From the NCBI GenBank assembly GCA_965218095.1, contig OZ244587.1:4576001-4640000 (forward strand): 64,000 nt of DNA. The letters are read 5' to 3'. Below, one piece after another: positions 28,973 through 39,837 of the stretch. This DNA comes from Candidatus Poribacteria bacterium. GTDB taxonomy: Bacteria; Poribacteria; WGA-4E; PCPOR2b. The position numbers were made by a program, and so were the translations under genes. Within the stretch, counting starts at the first letter, position 1. The number at the start of each line of letters is the position of its first letter. The notes beneath the pieces were generated by a model that did not search any database, was not told the origin of the DNA, and saw nothing but the letters and a program-made list of their open reading frames with translations.

Positions 28973-29920
28973 TTAATCCTCCAGTTTGAAGTGATACGGA
29001 ATTTGTACATTCCGCACAATTACTGCCCCATCCCCCCGCTTGGCTGGCGCGAAACGTAACGCCTTCAGGGCTTCAATCGCAGCTTTATCACAGCCAAATC
29101 CGATTCCGCGAATCACTTTAATATCTCTGGCGATGCCGTCAACGCCAATCGAGACTTCGAGATGCACAATACCCTCTCTCTGAGCACAACGCGCGAGTTC
29201 CGGGTATTTAGGTAAGACGCGATGGAGAAAGCGGGGCGGCTGTGTGACATCACTTAGATCAACCGTTGGTGGCTCAACCGCATCCGGATTGAAATCCGCC
29301 TGGGGAATCTGCGCCGATTCAATTTTGTCGATTATTGATAAACCGATCGACCAGCCCGGCTCAATTTTAGGGATGACAGAAGGAATCTGGGCGTGATGTT
29401 TACCTGAAAGTAACCGTCTTTCAAGCCCTCCCGCCCCAATTCCCGTACCACCGGGAAAAGCAGATTGAATAGGAATAGAGATGTCACTTGCTGGGAGCGT
29501 GAATCTTGCATCTCCTGTTGGGATTTTAACCGCTGTTGTGATTGGTTGCTGCAATCGTGGCGGTTGAGTTTGTGAAGATCGTGGATTTTCAATCCGTTTG
29601 ACCCTGCGGGCTGGTATCCGGTGTCTGGGTTTGGGTGGTTCTTTCAACTGGAGAATCTCCGCAATCACCACATCATCATCGATTTCTGCAATCTGGACAA
29701 CAAATAGCGTTGCGATCATTCCCACAATAAGGTGGAAGGCAAGAGAAATCAACAGCGAAAAACGTCTCGGCGTAATGATCTGGAATTCTTGTTCCTGGTG
29801 AGAACCCGCTTGAATCGCAGAAATGGCTCGCTTCTGTTGGGAATCCAGTGGAATAGATTTCAGAAGTACAGCATTAGGGAGACCAGCCACCATCTGCCTT
29901 TGGGTTTCATGGGCTTTCAT
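28973..29920 (-). CDS. Energy transducer TonB family protein
   Basis: SLAFH TM motif, PKYPELAR..EGIV..CDKAAIEAL..RFAPAK. Confidence 0.88.
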   Translation of the reverse strand: MKAHETQRQMVAGLPNAVLLKSIPLDSQQKRAISAIQAGSHQEQEFQIITPRRFSLLISLAFHLIVGMIATLFVVQIAEIDDDVVIAEILQLKEPPKPRHRIPARRVKRIENPRSSQTQPPRLQQPITTAVKIPTGDARFTLPASDISIPIQSAFPGGTGIGAGGLERRLLSGKHHAQIPSVIPKIEPGWSIGLSIIDKIESAQIPQADFNPDAVEPPTVDLSDVTQPPRFLHRVLPKYPELARCAQREGIVHLEVSIGVDGIARDIKVIRGIGFGCDKAAIEALKALRFAPAKRGDGAVIVRNVQIPYHFKLED

Positions 29921-29999
29921 CGAAGATTTGGATCAACGATATGTCTGTTGAGTGTAACAGATAAAATTCCTAATTTCAACCCCAAAAGATTTATGACAT

Positions 30000-30171
30000 A
30001 GGGTTATTTCACTCTTCGGCAAAGTGAGCGTTGAGCCTACCCTCGTAGTGAAGTGTATCGAAACCAGGTTGAGCGAAGCTGCTTGCATCCCGATCTATTG
30101 GGGCGGGCATTGGTTTCGATAGGCCGAAGGCCACTCGACTGACGCCCGAAGGTGGAAAATGAAATACCCCT
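30000..30171. repeat. Structured IR-bounded element containing a TATCGAAACC palindromic repeat
   Basis: AGGGTTATTTCA / TGAAATACCCCT ends; TATCGAAACCA/TGGTTTCGATA stem; core related to 62879-62965. Confidence 0.65.
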
Positions 30172-30409
30172 GATTTACGACAATCTTTCCTGCAGTTGTG
30201 CGACGGTGGTTTGCAGTTGTCTTTCTCTTGCTTACAGAGTAACATCGCAGGTGACAAAATAAGCGCAAATGCCATCACGTCGAAAACTGCTTGTCTCTGG
30301 TAAACCAATGATACAGGTATATCGTCGCAAAAGTAGCAGCTCTTACGGAAGTTAATACTTTGCAAAGGATGTGTTCAGGTTGAAAGCAAATCAACAGATC
30401 GACGAATCG

Positions 30410-32353
30410 ATGAATTGTTTACGCAATACGCAATACGCATCACGTTTCACGTTTTTGCTCATTGCCGTGCTTATGGGTGGGCTCATTGGGTGTACGACAG
30501 ATCAAAAGCCAAAGTCCGGTCATTGGGAAATTGTTCGGCGTGCAGATTGGGAGACGCGGTTCTATGATGTATTCTTCATTGACGAGAAAACAGGGTGGGC
30601 AGTTGGAAATAACGAGGGAAGCACATTTGCAGAGGAGTTCGATAGCGTCATCGCACACACAACGGATGGCGGTGCAACATGGCATCCGCAAAAGAGTGGA
30701 ACGTATTATTCGTTGCGAGAAGTGCGATTTATTGATCGCCAGATAGGGTGGATTGCCGGCGACAACGGCGTCATCTTACACACGGTGAATGGCGGAAAAA
30801 CGTGGGAACCGCAAGCAACAAATACTCATAATAGCCTGTTCGATCTCCATTTTGTTTCAGCAAAACAGGGCTGGGCAAGCGGTGATTTCGGAACCGCGTT
30901 GTACACAGGGGATGGCGGAGAGACGTGGGTGAATCGGGCTCAAGGGATCGGCGAAAATTCGCTGAGGGGTGTCTATTTTCTCAATCCTCAGCGAGGCTGG
31001 GTCGTTAGCTATGAAGGTTACGCCTATCACACGAATGATGGTGGAGAGACCTGGAAACGCCAAAAGACGAATGTGCGCTACGAGTTATCTGATGTCTTTT
31101 TTGTCGATGAGAATCATGGGTGGATTGTCGGGGATAGACGCATAATTCTTGCAACAACAGACGGCGGTAAAAACTGGAAGTATTTGACCCAGGGATCGAA
31201 TAATCGACACGAACAGCTCTATGGACAACAGGTCAAAACCGGGAAGGAACCTTTGCACAGCTTCCTCTTATCCGATCTCTACTTTACCAATGCCAACAAT
31301 GGTTGGATCGTTGGCGACTTAGGCGCTATCTTACATACCAGTGACGGTGGCAAGACATGGAAGCATCAGCGAGGCGGTCCCACGCGGCTTGTTGGCGGCG
31401 ATAACGTCTTGCTAGGCGTACATTTTGTCAACAATCAACAAGGTTGGGCGGTCGGTGAAGTTGGGACAATCTGGCATACAGCAAACAGCGGGAAAACATG
31501 GGAACTCCAATCCTCGCCGAGCTATCTGTTATCGGACATCCATTTTATCAACAATAAGGTTGGATATGCGGTTGGCGATCGCGGGGAGATCCTTAGCACA
31601 AATGATGGGGGACGACACTGGCAGTCGCAAGACAGTGGGACAATGGAGTGTTTTGGTTCAACACATTTCATCAACGATCAGATGGGCTGGGCGGTTGCGG
31701 AATGGGGAATGATTGTCCACACGGTTGATGGCGGCAAAACCTGGTCGCAGCAAAGAACAGATACGGAGCAGGCGCTTCTTGGCGTCTTCTTTATTGATGC
31801 ACAGCAAGGGTGGGCAATTGGCAACAACGGCGAAATTGTGCATACCGCAAACGGTGGCAAGACGTGGAAACGTCAACGCAGCGGCATTAGTCGCGATCTC
31901 TTCGGCATTCATTTTATCGACGCTCAGACAGGGTGGATCGTCGGCGATGGCGGTATGGTTCTCTATACCAGGGACGGTGGGGATAAATGGGAACTTCAAA
32001 CCCGTCTCGGTGAGGTATGGCTGTCAGGCGTCTATTTTACAGATCACTTCAATGGCTGGATTGTTGGGATTGACGGGCTTATTCTGTACACAGCCGATGG
32101 CGGGAACACATGGAGGCGTCAAAAAAGTTACGCGGACAGTTTTCTGCGCAGGGTCTTTTTCCTCAATCCGAACGAGGGCTGGGTTGTCGGAGGCAAAGGC
32201 ACAGTGCTTCACACAATCAATGGCGGAGAAAACTGGCGTCCGCAAAGGTGCGAGACTCGCTACAATCTGAATTCAATCTATATGACAAGCCCTGAAAATG
32301 GCTGGATTGTCGGCGATCTCGGGATTATGTTGAAGTATGTCGTTGATGAGTAA
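30410..32353 (+). CDS. YCF48-like beta-propeller lipoprotein
   Basis: Lipobox LIGC; many GW.VG..G.I..T.DGG.TW repeats. Confidence 0.9.
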   Translation: MNCLRNTQYASRFTFLLIAVLMGGLIGCTTDQKPKSGHWEIVRRADWETRFYDVFFIDEKTGWAVGNNEGSTFAEEFDSVIAHTTDGGATWHPQKSGTYYSLREVRFIDRQIGWIAGDNGVILHTVNGGKTWEPQATNTHNSLFDLHFVSAKQGWASGDFGTALYTGDGGETWVNRAQGIGENSLRGVYFLNPQRGWVVSYEGYAYHTNDGGETWKRQKTNVRYELSDVFFVDENHGWIVGDRRIILATTDGGKNWKYLTQGSNNRHEQLYGQQVKTGKEPLHSFLLSDLYFTNANNGWIVGDLGAILHTSDGGKTWKHQRGGPTRLVGGDNVLLGVHFVNNQQGWAVGEVGTIWHTANSGKTWELQSSPSYLLSDIHFINNKVGYAVGDRGEILSTNDGGRHWQSQDSGTMECFGSTHFINDQMGWAVAEWGMIVHTVDGGKTWSQQRTDTEQALLGVFFIDAQQGWAIGNNGEIVHTANGGKTWKRQRSGISRDLFGIHFIDAQTGWIVGDGGMVLYTRDGGDKWELQTRLGEVWLSGVYFTDHFNGWIVGIDGLILYTADGGNTWRRQKSYADSFLRRVFFLNPNEGWVVGGKGTVLHTINGGENWRPQRCETRYNLNSIYMTSPENGWIVGDLGIMLKYVVDE

Positions 32354-32556
32354 AAGCGCCGTATCGCCTCCCAAATTACGTGAAAAGGTAGGGTGAGGCG
32401 TCGGGATTTGACGTTTTCGGCAATCTGTCAAATTTTCTGTCCCAGATCACTCAAAGAAAACTAGCACACCTTGAAGGGAATGGAAGAGAGGACAGGTTCC
32501 CCTTCCATTCTTCCAGACGGATACCGATCCTACAAAACGACAAACCGGAATCCGTA

Positions 32557-33339
32557 CTAAACAACCGCTGACAATCCCCCATCAATATTGATCGCCGCCC
32601 CCGTAATGTACGAAGCCCGATCCGAAACGAGAAAGGCAACGAGGTCGCCAACTTCGTTGGGTTCACCCAGGCGTCCAAGCGGGTGCTCACGACCACGCGC
32701 CTCCCAATATTCCTCAAGCGTGTCGGGGGCCCCTTCCCTTTTCCACGCACGTTTTCCCTGTGCACTCTTGATTGAAGTCAAACAAACAGTATTGACGAGG
32801 ATCTTGTCAGCGAGCAGTTCTTTGGAGAGGGCTTTTGTCATCGCGATTCCTGCCGCTCGACTGACAGAGGTCGGACAGGAGCCTGCGTCCGGCTGTTTGC
32901 CGCCGGGGTGTGTAATATTAATGATGCGTCCCCCACCAGCGGCTCTGATGTGAGGGATAGCCAACCGCGCACACCGCACTGCACCCATCAACTTGAGATC
33001 GAGATCTTCGTACCACGCCTCATCAGTTACCTCTTCAAAATTCCCGCCCGCAGAACGTCCTGCGTTGTTGATCAGAATATCGATCCGTCCGAAATGCTCA
33101 ACGGTTTGGTTGATGAAGTTTTCGAGCGTTTCCGGCTTCGTCACATCAGCGGAGATGGCAAGGACGTCGCCCCTCGTCGCGTCACGAATTTCCTCTGCTG
33201 CCTGTTGCAAGACATCATCACGGCGAGCGCAAATGGCGACCTTCGCTCTTTCTTCTGAGAGCCGCAGGGCGATTCCTTTACCAATACCTTCACTGCCGCC
33301 CGTGATGACGGCAATCTTTCCTGCTAATTCGAGATTCAT
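32557..33339 (-). CDS. SDR family oxidoreductase
   Basis: TGGSEGIG, NNAG, YITGAAINIDGG. Confidence 0.92.
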   Translation of the reverse strand: MNLELAGKIAVITGGSEGIGKGIALRLSEERAKVAICARRDDVLQQAAEEIRDATRGDVLAISADVTKPETLENFINQTVEHFGRIDILINNAGRSAGGNFEEVTDEAWYEDLDLKLMGAVRCARLAIPHIRAAGGGRIINITHPGGKQPDAGSCPTSVSRAAGIAMTKALSKELLADKILVNTVCLTSIKSAQGKRAWKREGAPDTLEEYWEARGREHPLGRLGEPNEVGDLVAFLVSDRASYITGAAINIDGGLSAVV

Positions 33340-33753
33340 GGCAATCTCCTGTGATTGAGTTTACTTAGTAGACGATTACAAAAGGTCTACTGAACCCAGT
33401 TGTCATCAATAGGGAAGCCCCCTGATTGCAAAAGCAAATGGGACAAGGGCTTTGGCGCGTTTTGGCTTAACAACGGTTAAAAGACTGGACGATCCGATAA
33501 GAAAGTGGGATTCTCCTTTTGTCAATTCAATTGGAAAAATCGAAAGGAGAATACCAATCAATGCGCCATATCATAACCTACCAGAAACCTTCAGTCAAGG
33601 GTTGTTTAGTTTGCTCAATGACGTCGAGGCACTGGGCATTGACCCCCAAGAACTCTTTGCCTATTGCTGCTTCCAATGGTTTGAGACAATTTTCAAACCA
33701 CCGAAACGGTTGCCCGGCAACGAAGCGTGGGAAAAATAAAATTGAATTCGGTC

Positions 33754-34782
33754 TTACGTACGATGGCGCCCGTTTCGATAGTGCAAACGGAGTAGGTCTA
33801 CACCGAAATCATCTTCGATATGTCGCCAAACGGTGTGAATATGGTTCGCGTTATTTTGCGTGTTGTCATATTCTACGAAGAAGAAGGGTCCGTGAAGGCG
33901 GTAGTAATGCGGCTGTCTACGATTTGCCGGTCCCGCCCAGGCGAAATGGATGTCATTTACACCGGCATCGCGCAGCTTCTGCTCCTCAATTTTGGCTAAC
34001 TCGTCGGGCAGTCGATCGATGTACGCCTCAATGAGCTTCGCCAAAACCTCACGTTGTCCAGTTGTCATTGACTCTGCTGCCAGTCCTTCAGCAGTACCAA
34101 ACTCGACTTTCGGCTCTGCCTGCGTGATGATGTCTCTGGGAGCGGTTGCATTGATAACCGTTTTCGCTTTCTGATCAGCATTCAGGCACCCTAGGAGTTG
34201 CCGCGCAAGGTCCTCCTCCGCCGATAAGATCCGCAGCCCTTTCTTGGGCCCATGCCGTACCTCTGCGGGGTTGGTGCCAAAGAAGAAGGGATTTGGAGTA
34301 ATCAACTTCCGATTCACAACAGTAAAATGGAGCGATACATGATGTCCCTCCGACCGCCAACTCCACGCTTTATGATTCGTCGGATCACCAAAGATGCTAA
34401 AAGCGTAAAACTCCGGATCGCGGGCAAGCCGGGCAGTCCCCTCCGACCGCTCCTGCTCACCGAGCGTGGTCTCCAGATCGATAATCGCTGTCGCCTTTTG
34501 ATAGCCTCTCTGACTTAATCCAGTGGCAAACAGGTTGAAAGCTGCACCCTGTTGCTTCTCATTCATCTCCTCGAGGAATACCCCTTTGCGCTCAAACATC
34601 TCCCGCGGGAAGTAGTGCCAACGCTGCCGTTCAGCGTCTTCAAACGGAAGTTCCGCCTTTCGCCGCAGATCGGGCGTCAAGGTTTCCAAAAAATTCACGC
34701 AAGCGACCGCCATCCGCTCGGCTGTCTCTGACGCGGGAATCACTGTAGATGCAGGTGAAATGTTATGCGTATGTTCTGTCAT
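33754..34782 (-). CDS. DUF3500 domain protein
   Basis: WRSEGHHVSL, PFFFGTNP, FAWAG, EYDNTQNNANHIHTVWR. Confidence 0.88.
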   Translation of the reverse strand: MTEHTHNISPASTVIPASETAERMAVACVNFLETLTPDLRRKAELPFEDAERQRWHYFPREMFERKGVFLEEMNEKQQGAAFNLFATGLSQRGYQKATAIIDLETTLGEQERSEGTARLARDPEFYAFSIFGDPTNHKAWSWRSEGHHVSLHFTVVNRKLITPNPFFFGTNPAEVRHGPKKGLRILSAEEDLARQLLGCLNADQKAKTVINATAPRDIITQAEPKVEFGTAEGLAAESMTTGQREVLAKLIEAYIDRLPDELAKIEEQKLRDAGVNDIHFAWAGPANRRQPHYYRLHGPFFFVEYDNTQNNANHIHTVWRHIEDDFGVDLLRLHYRNGRHRT

Positions 34783-34797
34783 GTTGAAACCTCCCTG

Positions 34798-35925
34798 TTA
34801 GTGATGCGTGAAACGTGAAAACGGTACCAATTGTACCTTAATCGAATTTTTCGCCGCCTGAACCATCTCAAACCCTTTGATGTATTCTGCTAGTGGTAAT
34901 TGATGCGTGACGATGGGACTGACGTTGATTAGCCCGCGATGGATGTAGTCAATTGCCAGTGGATAAGCGTGCGGCCCGAGATGTGCGCCATGGATGTTGA
35001 GTTCCTTTGTGTCACCGATAATCGTCCAATCTACCGTGACCGGCTCACGCATCACGCTGAATTCGACGAAGGTGCCTGCCTTCCGTATCATCCGAAGCCC
35101 CTGCTCCACCGCGCTCGGATACCCCGTCGCTTCAATGTAGACATCGCAGCCGTAGCCTTCCGTCAGGTCGAGCACTTTCTGCACGGCATCTTCTTTGCCT
35201 AGATTGATTGCCAAATCTGCGCCGAGTTTCTTCGCAATCTCTAGGCGAGAGTCTACGAGGTCCACAGAAATCAGCAGACCGGGGTTTTTCAGCCGGGCCG
35301 CGCCGACCATCCCCAACCCAAGCGTCCCCGCCCCAGCAATCACGACGACGTCGCCAAACTCAATCTCTCCGCGTTGCACAGCGTGGATGGAACAAGACAA
35401 CGGCTCGATCATCGCCGCGCTTGCCGGCGGTATATCTTTTGGGACCTTGTAGATAAGCGAGCTCGCCGGAAACTTCATATACTCCGCCATCCCGCCATTC
35501 ACGACGTGCTGAAATCCGTAAATGTTGTGAACCTGACAGAGCCAGTATTTTCCGGTGTGACAGTAGCGGCAATTCCAACACGGGACAATCTGCTCGGAGA
35601 TTGCGGTGTCACCGAGTGCCAATTCATGCTTTTCGCCGGCCCTCTCACCTAGCTGGACGACTTCACCGATGAACTCATGACCGGCAATTACGGGGCCATC
35701 AACGTAAGGCTTACGGTGCTCATCTCCCCAGAAAAGCGGTGCCCCTGTGTAACACTTTATATCGCTGGCACACACGCCGCACGCCTGCAATTTAATCACG
35801 ACTTCGCCCGGCCCCGCTCGCGGTGTTTGCACCTCCTCCAGACGATAATCCCACGGCCCATGACACATAACGGCTTGCATCGTCTTGGGTGTTGACTCGG
35901 ATTGAGTAGGTGTCGACATCGGCAT
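34798..35925 (-). CDS. Zinc-binding polyol dehydrogenase (erythritol/L-threitol dehydrogenase-like)
   Basis: CGVCASD, GHEF, C-x2-C-x2-C-x7-C, GAGTLG. Confidence 0.88.
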   Translation of the reverse strand: MPMSTPTQSESTPKTMQAVMCHGPWDYRLEEVQTPRAGPGEVVIKLQACGVCASDIKCYTGAPLFWGDEHRKPYVDGPVIAGHEFIGEVVQLGERAGEKHELALGDTAISEQIVPCWNCRYCHTGKYWLCQVHNIYGFQHVVNGGMAEYMKFPASSLIYKVPKDIPPASAAMIEPLSCSIHAVQRGEIEFGDVVVIAGAGTLGLGMVGAARLKNPGLLISVDLVDSRLEIAKKLGADLAINLGKEDAVQKVLDLTEGYGCDVYIEATGYPSAVEQGLRMIRKAGTFVEFSVMREPVTVDWTIIGDTKELNIHGAHLGPHAYPLAIDYIHRGLINVSPIVTHQLPLAEYIKGFEMVQAAKNSIKVQLVPFSRFTHH

Positions 35926-35999
35926 ATCCTCTTGAGGTATAGAGCTAGGTCTTTGTGAAGGTTCAAAACCTTCGCAAGGTTAGAAATTCTAACACCTTC

Positions 36000-36770
36000 T
36001 CACGCGACCTTGCGCAGGCGTCGTTTCACATACTGACGAGCAATCGACACATCAAAGTCAATCTCCGAACGGCTCGACATACCGAGATTGATAGCGTGCG
36101 CCGTTTCCAGTTCAAATCCCCAGCGGATCCAATCTTCAAAATCCGATTCCGGGATGTCCCCGGCGGCGATTACTTTCATGATGCTAATCCCTTTGCCGAG
36201 ATTGTAGGCACGCTGGAGGTATTCAAGATGACGATCGAAAGAACCACCCTCTAGCATTCTGCCCTCTTTGTTCGCCGTCGCCAGAATGATCTGAATCTCC
36301 GGATGATTAATCACAGCATCCATGACGGGGCCGGTGTAGACATGCGTTGAGCAACCGATGACGCGGACAATTCCTTCGCTTTTCGCATCCAGGAATGCGG
36401 ACAACGCCCCTTCCCGTGATTCCAAATCTTCAGGCGAGGAAACACCATGCAGCAAGAGCACATCGATGTAATCGGTTCCCATCTCTCGGAGGGAGCGTTC
36501 AATGCTCTTCCGCGTGCCGTCGTAATCTTTCGCGCCGGTTTTCGTCTGGATGACCACCTGACCACGGTCTATGCCCTTTAACGCCACGTCCAGGTGCGGC
36601 TGACTGCCATAGCTTTCAGCCGTATCCCAGAAGGTGATACCTTGATCTAACGCCTCGTAGAGCAGGTCGCCGCCTTCCGCGTAACTCGCACACACATTAT
36701 TGAGATGCCCTGCCCCAAGGCAGAGCCGTGAGATTTCGAGTCCGGTGTTTCCGTATTCAAGACGTTCCAT
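36000..36770 (-). CDS. Aldo/keto reductase
   Basis: GNTGLEISRL, WDTAESYG, SLREMGTDYID..LH. Confidence 0.88.
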   Translation of the reverse strand: MERLEYGNTGLEISRLCLGAGHLNNVCASYAEGGDLLYEALDQGITFWDTAESYGSQPHLDVALKGIDRGQVVIQTKTGAKDYDGTRKSIERSLREMGTDYIDVLLLHGVSSPEDLESREGALSAFLDAKSEGIVRVIGCSTHVYTGPVMDAVINHPEIQIILATANKEGRMLEGGSFDRHLEYLQRAYNLGKGISIMKVIAAGDIPESDFEDWIRWGFELETAHAINLGMSSRSEIDFDVSIARQYVKRRLRKVA

Positions 36771-36781
36771 TTTGCCCTCCT

Positions 36782-37207
36782 TCACTCTAAAAGCCCGTTT
36801 TCCTTGTACCATTCGGTGTTTGGATACAAAGCCATAACGGATTTATGTTTTAAGAATCCCAATTTTCTATAGAAGCCTTCTTGCCCAATCACGCAGGCGA
36901 GAAGAACCTTGTCAGCGTGTAACCTTTCGAGCATCGCGTTCATGATGCGTGTTCCTATCCCCTGGCGTTGAAACTCTGGTGAGACGACGATGTCGCAGAC
37001 AAAGGCGAAATATTCTCCATCAGACAATGCCCGTCCGGCGGCAACCAACTGTGTCCCGCGATATACAAAGCAGCAGACATTGCTCTTTTCGTAAGTACGC
37101 TGTAGCCGCTCCGGGTCGTATGTGCCTAATGGCGCCAGTTAGTACACTTCAGCCAATTCTGTCCAATTGACGGAATCGATTGAATACACAAGCGTAATGT
37201 CATCCAT
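36782..37207 (-). pseudogene. GNAT acetyltransferase with one in-frame TAA (37139-37141)
   Basis: MDDITLVYSIDSVNWTELAEVY*LAPLG...VVSPEFQRQGIG..FYRKLGF, all in one frame. Confidence 0.8.
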
Positions 37208-37256
37208 ATTGATTTCCTCCTCTGTCCCATTCGATCTGACAGATGGCATTTCACTA

Positions 37257-38084
37257 GGTTCTGTTGACATTTGAGTATAAGGTTGTGGCATAATAGAAGA
37301 ATGATGCCAATAACTTTACCCGATGACCCATGGAAAAAGATATACAGATTTCTTCTAAGTTGCCCCACCATCTATGTTGGCAACGAAGCGACAACGCGCC
37401 GCTTTGTCGAAGCGGTTCTGTGGGTGACTCGTAGCGGCGCTCAATGGCGGCTTCTGCCAGACACCTATGGCAAATGGAACACCCTCTACAAGCGGTTTGC
37501 TCGATGGTGCGACAAAGATGTTTTGACACAGATGCACCACCACTTCGCCTCTGCGAGTCGATTATTATTGACAGTACCATCTGCTGCGCTCACCCGTCTG
37601 CGGCGGGCGCCTTAAAAAGCTGGCGCCTTAAAAAAAAGGGTGGGACTGAAAGCCAAGCATTAGGTCGCTCTCAAGGTGGCTTCAGTACAAAAAATCGCAT
37701 CGCAGTTGACGGACTAGGCAATCCCCTAAGAATTCATCTGACCCCCGGTCAGAGACACGACATAGTTGAGGCGGAAGGGTTGATAATCGGATATAACAGT
37801 GAATATGTAATTGGAGACAAGAGATACGATTCGGACGCTTTTATCGCGGTTATCAAGGCGAATGGAGCGATTGCGGTGATACCGCCCAAAAGTCATCGTG
37901 TTGACCAAAGAACGTATGACAAACATTTATACAAAGAGAGACATCGGGTTGAATGTTTCATCAACAAGATAAAATGGTATCGTCGCATCTTCTCTCGGTT
38001 CGAGAAGTTAGCTGTCCGTTATTTTGGATTTCTCAGCTTTGTCTCCACTTCCTTATATGGCTCCGTTGAAATGTCAACAGAACC
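37257..38084 (+). mobile_element. IS5-family element, copy 3 (diverged, frameshifted)
   Basis: Same IRs, TA duplication; small deletion near 37550. Confidence 0.9.
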
Positions 38085-38134
38085 TAATGATTCTACTGAG
38101 AATTTCATCAGCCATTCTTTCTTTCCCTCGGCTG

Positions 38135-38860
38135 CTAACCATCATACCGCTGCCCATCTTTCGCAACCCAAAGCCGATCGGTAAACGGCTCATTATTCCT
38201 TGCGTTCTTGGCGTGAGCCGGTATATACTGGATAATATAGGCTTTGCGGATGCTATCCGTCAGATTCGGACCGCTCCGATGAAAGAGGAGGGATGAGAAG
38301 ACAGCCATGCTCCCCTTTTTCAGGGGCACTGCGATACCCGGATTATTGCCGAAGTAGCCGACCTGCCCGAGTTCCTTTCGCTCATGGGGTTGTGTGCCAA
38401 GTTTATGACTTTCAGGCAGCACCCAGATGCAGCCGTTTTCCAGCGTTGCATCACTGAGCGCCAGCCAACAGGTGTAATACTGTTCCGGGTCTAGTGGCGT
38501 GTACCCGTTGTCTTGATGCCACGGAAATTCTTGTGGGGTCTCAGGGTATTTGAAAACCGCCTGATTCCAGTAGAGACGCACATCAGGACCGATGAGTCCC
38601 GTCGTCAGTTGGACAAATGGATCCTGTTTGACGAAGGATTGAATCTTCTCGTTCTTTTCCGCAATGAAGGCGGTAAACACGATCTCGTCTGGGCGGCTAA
38701 TTCTCTTGTTGCCAGCCTCCTTGAGTTGTTGGTTTGCTTCGTTAACATACGTTTCAATCTCGGCGGTGAGGTTGTTGATCTCGGACCCGTCGAAGATATC
38801 TTCAAGGACGAAAAATCCCTTTTCGTCAAACCGTTTTTTCTGTGCTTCGCTAATCAGCAT
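38135..38860 (-). CDS. PhyH family dioxygenase
   Basis: PWHQD, CWLAL..NGC, LFHRSGPN. Confidence 0.9.
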   Translation of the reverse strand: MLISEAQKKRFDEKGFFVLEDIFDGSEINNLTAEIETYVNEANQQLKEAGNKRISRPDEIVFTAFIAEKNEKIQSFVKQDPFVQLTTGLIGPDVRLYWNQAVFKYPETPQEFPWHQDNGYTPLDPEQYYTCWLALSDATLENGCIWVLPESHKLGTQPHERKELGQVGYFGNNPGIAVPLKKGSMAVFSSLLFHRSGPNLTDSIRKAYIIQYIPAHAKNARNNEPFTDRLWVAKDGQRYDG

Positions 38861-39007
38861 ATTTTCCCTCTGTGAATGTAGAAACCAATTTCACGATAGT
38901 TTAGCATCACGAGAGGAAAGAATCAAGCGTAAAACGCGATGTGGGAAAGATTGCGTGACAGCGCTTTGTGGAACAATCGGAATGGCTATGCACTCCCTAT
39001 TCAGATA

Positions 39008-39754
39008 ATGATGCGAAATATCAAACTCACCATTGAATACGATGGCACAAACTATCACGGCTGGCAGATCCAGCCCAACGCGATAACGATTCAAGCAGCC
39101 ATCCAGGATGCGCTCACAAAGATTACCAAGACGCAGACGCAAATCATTGGGGCAGGGCGGACGGACAGGGGTGTACATGCCGCCGGTCAGGTTGCCAATT
39201 TCCATGCCCGTTCCCAGATGCCGCCAATCGCGTTTCAAAAGGCGCTCAACGCTACTCTGCCGCGAGACATCGCGATTATTGATGCAGAAGAAGCCTCTCC
39301 CGATTTTCACGCCCGTTTCAGCGCGACAAGTCGGACCTATCGGTACACGATTCTCAACCGTACATATCCTTCCGCATTCTTATGGAACAATGCCTATTTT
39401 CTGCCTCACCCAATAATCAACGTGCACCCGGTGGACGCCATCTGCCGGGCGTTAGTCGGCAAGGGGGATTTTTCCTCGTTCCAGCGTACAGGGAGCGATC
39501 GAATCAACCCGATCTGTGAAATTTACGAATCCCGCTGTTGGAGAGAAGGAGATCTGATCTACTTCGAGATTAAGGCGGATGCCTTTCTGCGGGGTATGGT
39601 TCGCGCGATTGTCGGCACCGTCTTGAAACTGCATGGCAGAAAGGATGGAGTCGATCGGTTGCACAGGATTCTTGATGCGCGGGATAGGTCTGCGGCGGGA
39701 CCTTCCGCGCCTGCGCACGGTTTGTCACTCCTATGCGTAAAATATAATATGTAA
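39008..39754 (+). CDS. truA: tRNA pseudouridine(38-40) synthase
   Basis: YDGTNYHGWQ, GRTDRGVHA, FHARFSA, FLRGMVR, APAHGL. Confidence 0.96.
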   Translation: MMRNIKLTIEYDGTNYHGWQIQPNAITIQAAIQDALTKITKTQTQIIGAGRTDRGVHAAGQVANFHARSQMPPIAFQKALNATLPRDIAIIDAEEASPDFHARFSATSRTYRYTILNRTYPSAFLWNNAYFLPHPIINVHPVDAICRALVGKGDFSSFQRTGSDRINPICEIYESRCWREGDLIYFEIKADAFLRGMVRAIVGTVLKLHGRKDGVDRLHRILDARDRSAAGPSAPAHGLSLLCVKYNM

Positions 39755-39837
39755 AACCAGCATAAAAATCGGTTGGCACATTCCTTGCTGCGACTCCATT
39801 GACTTTCAAATTGCCCAGACTCAGAAAGGAGCGCGAG

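Noticed and set aside
33452-33739. 95-aa ORF between the SDR and DUF3500 genes
   Set aside because: No RBS or recognisable motif; possibly a gene remnant but unsupported
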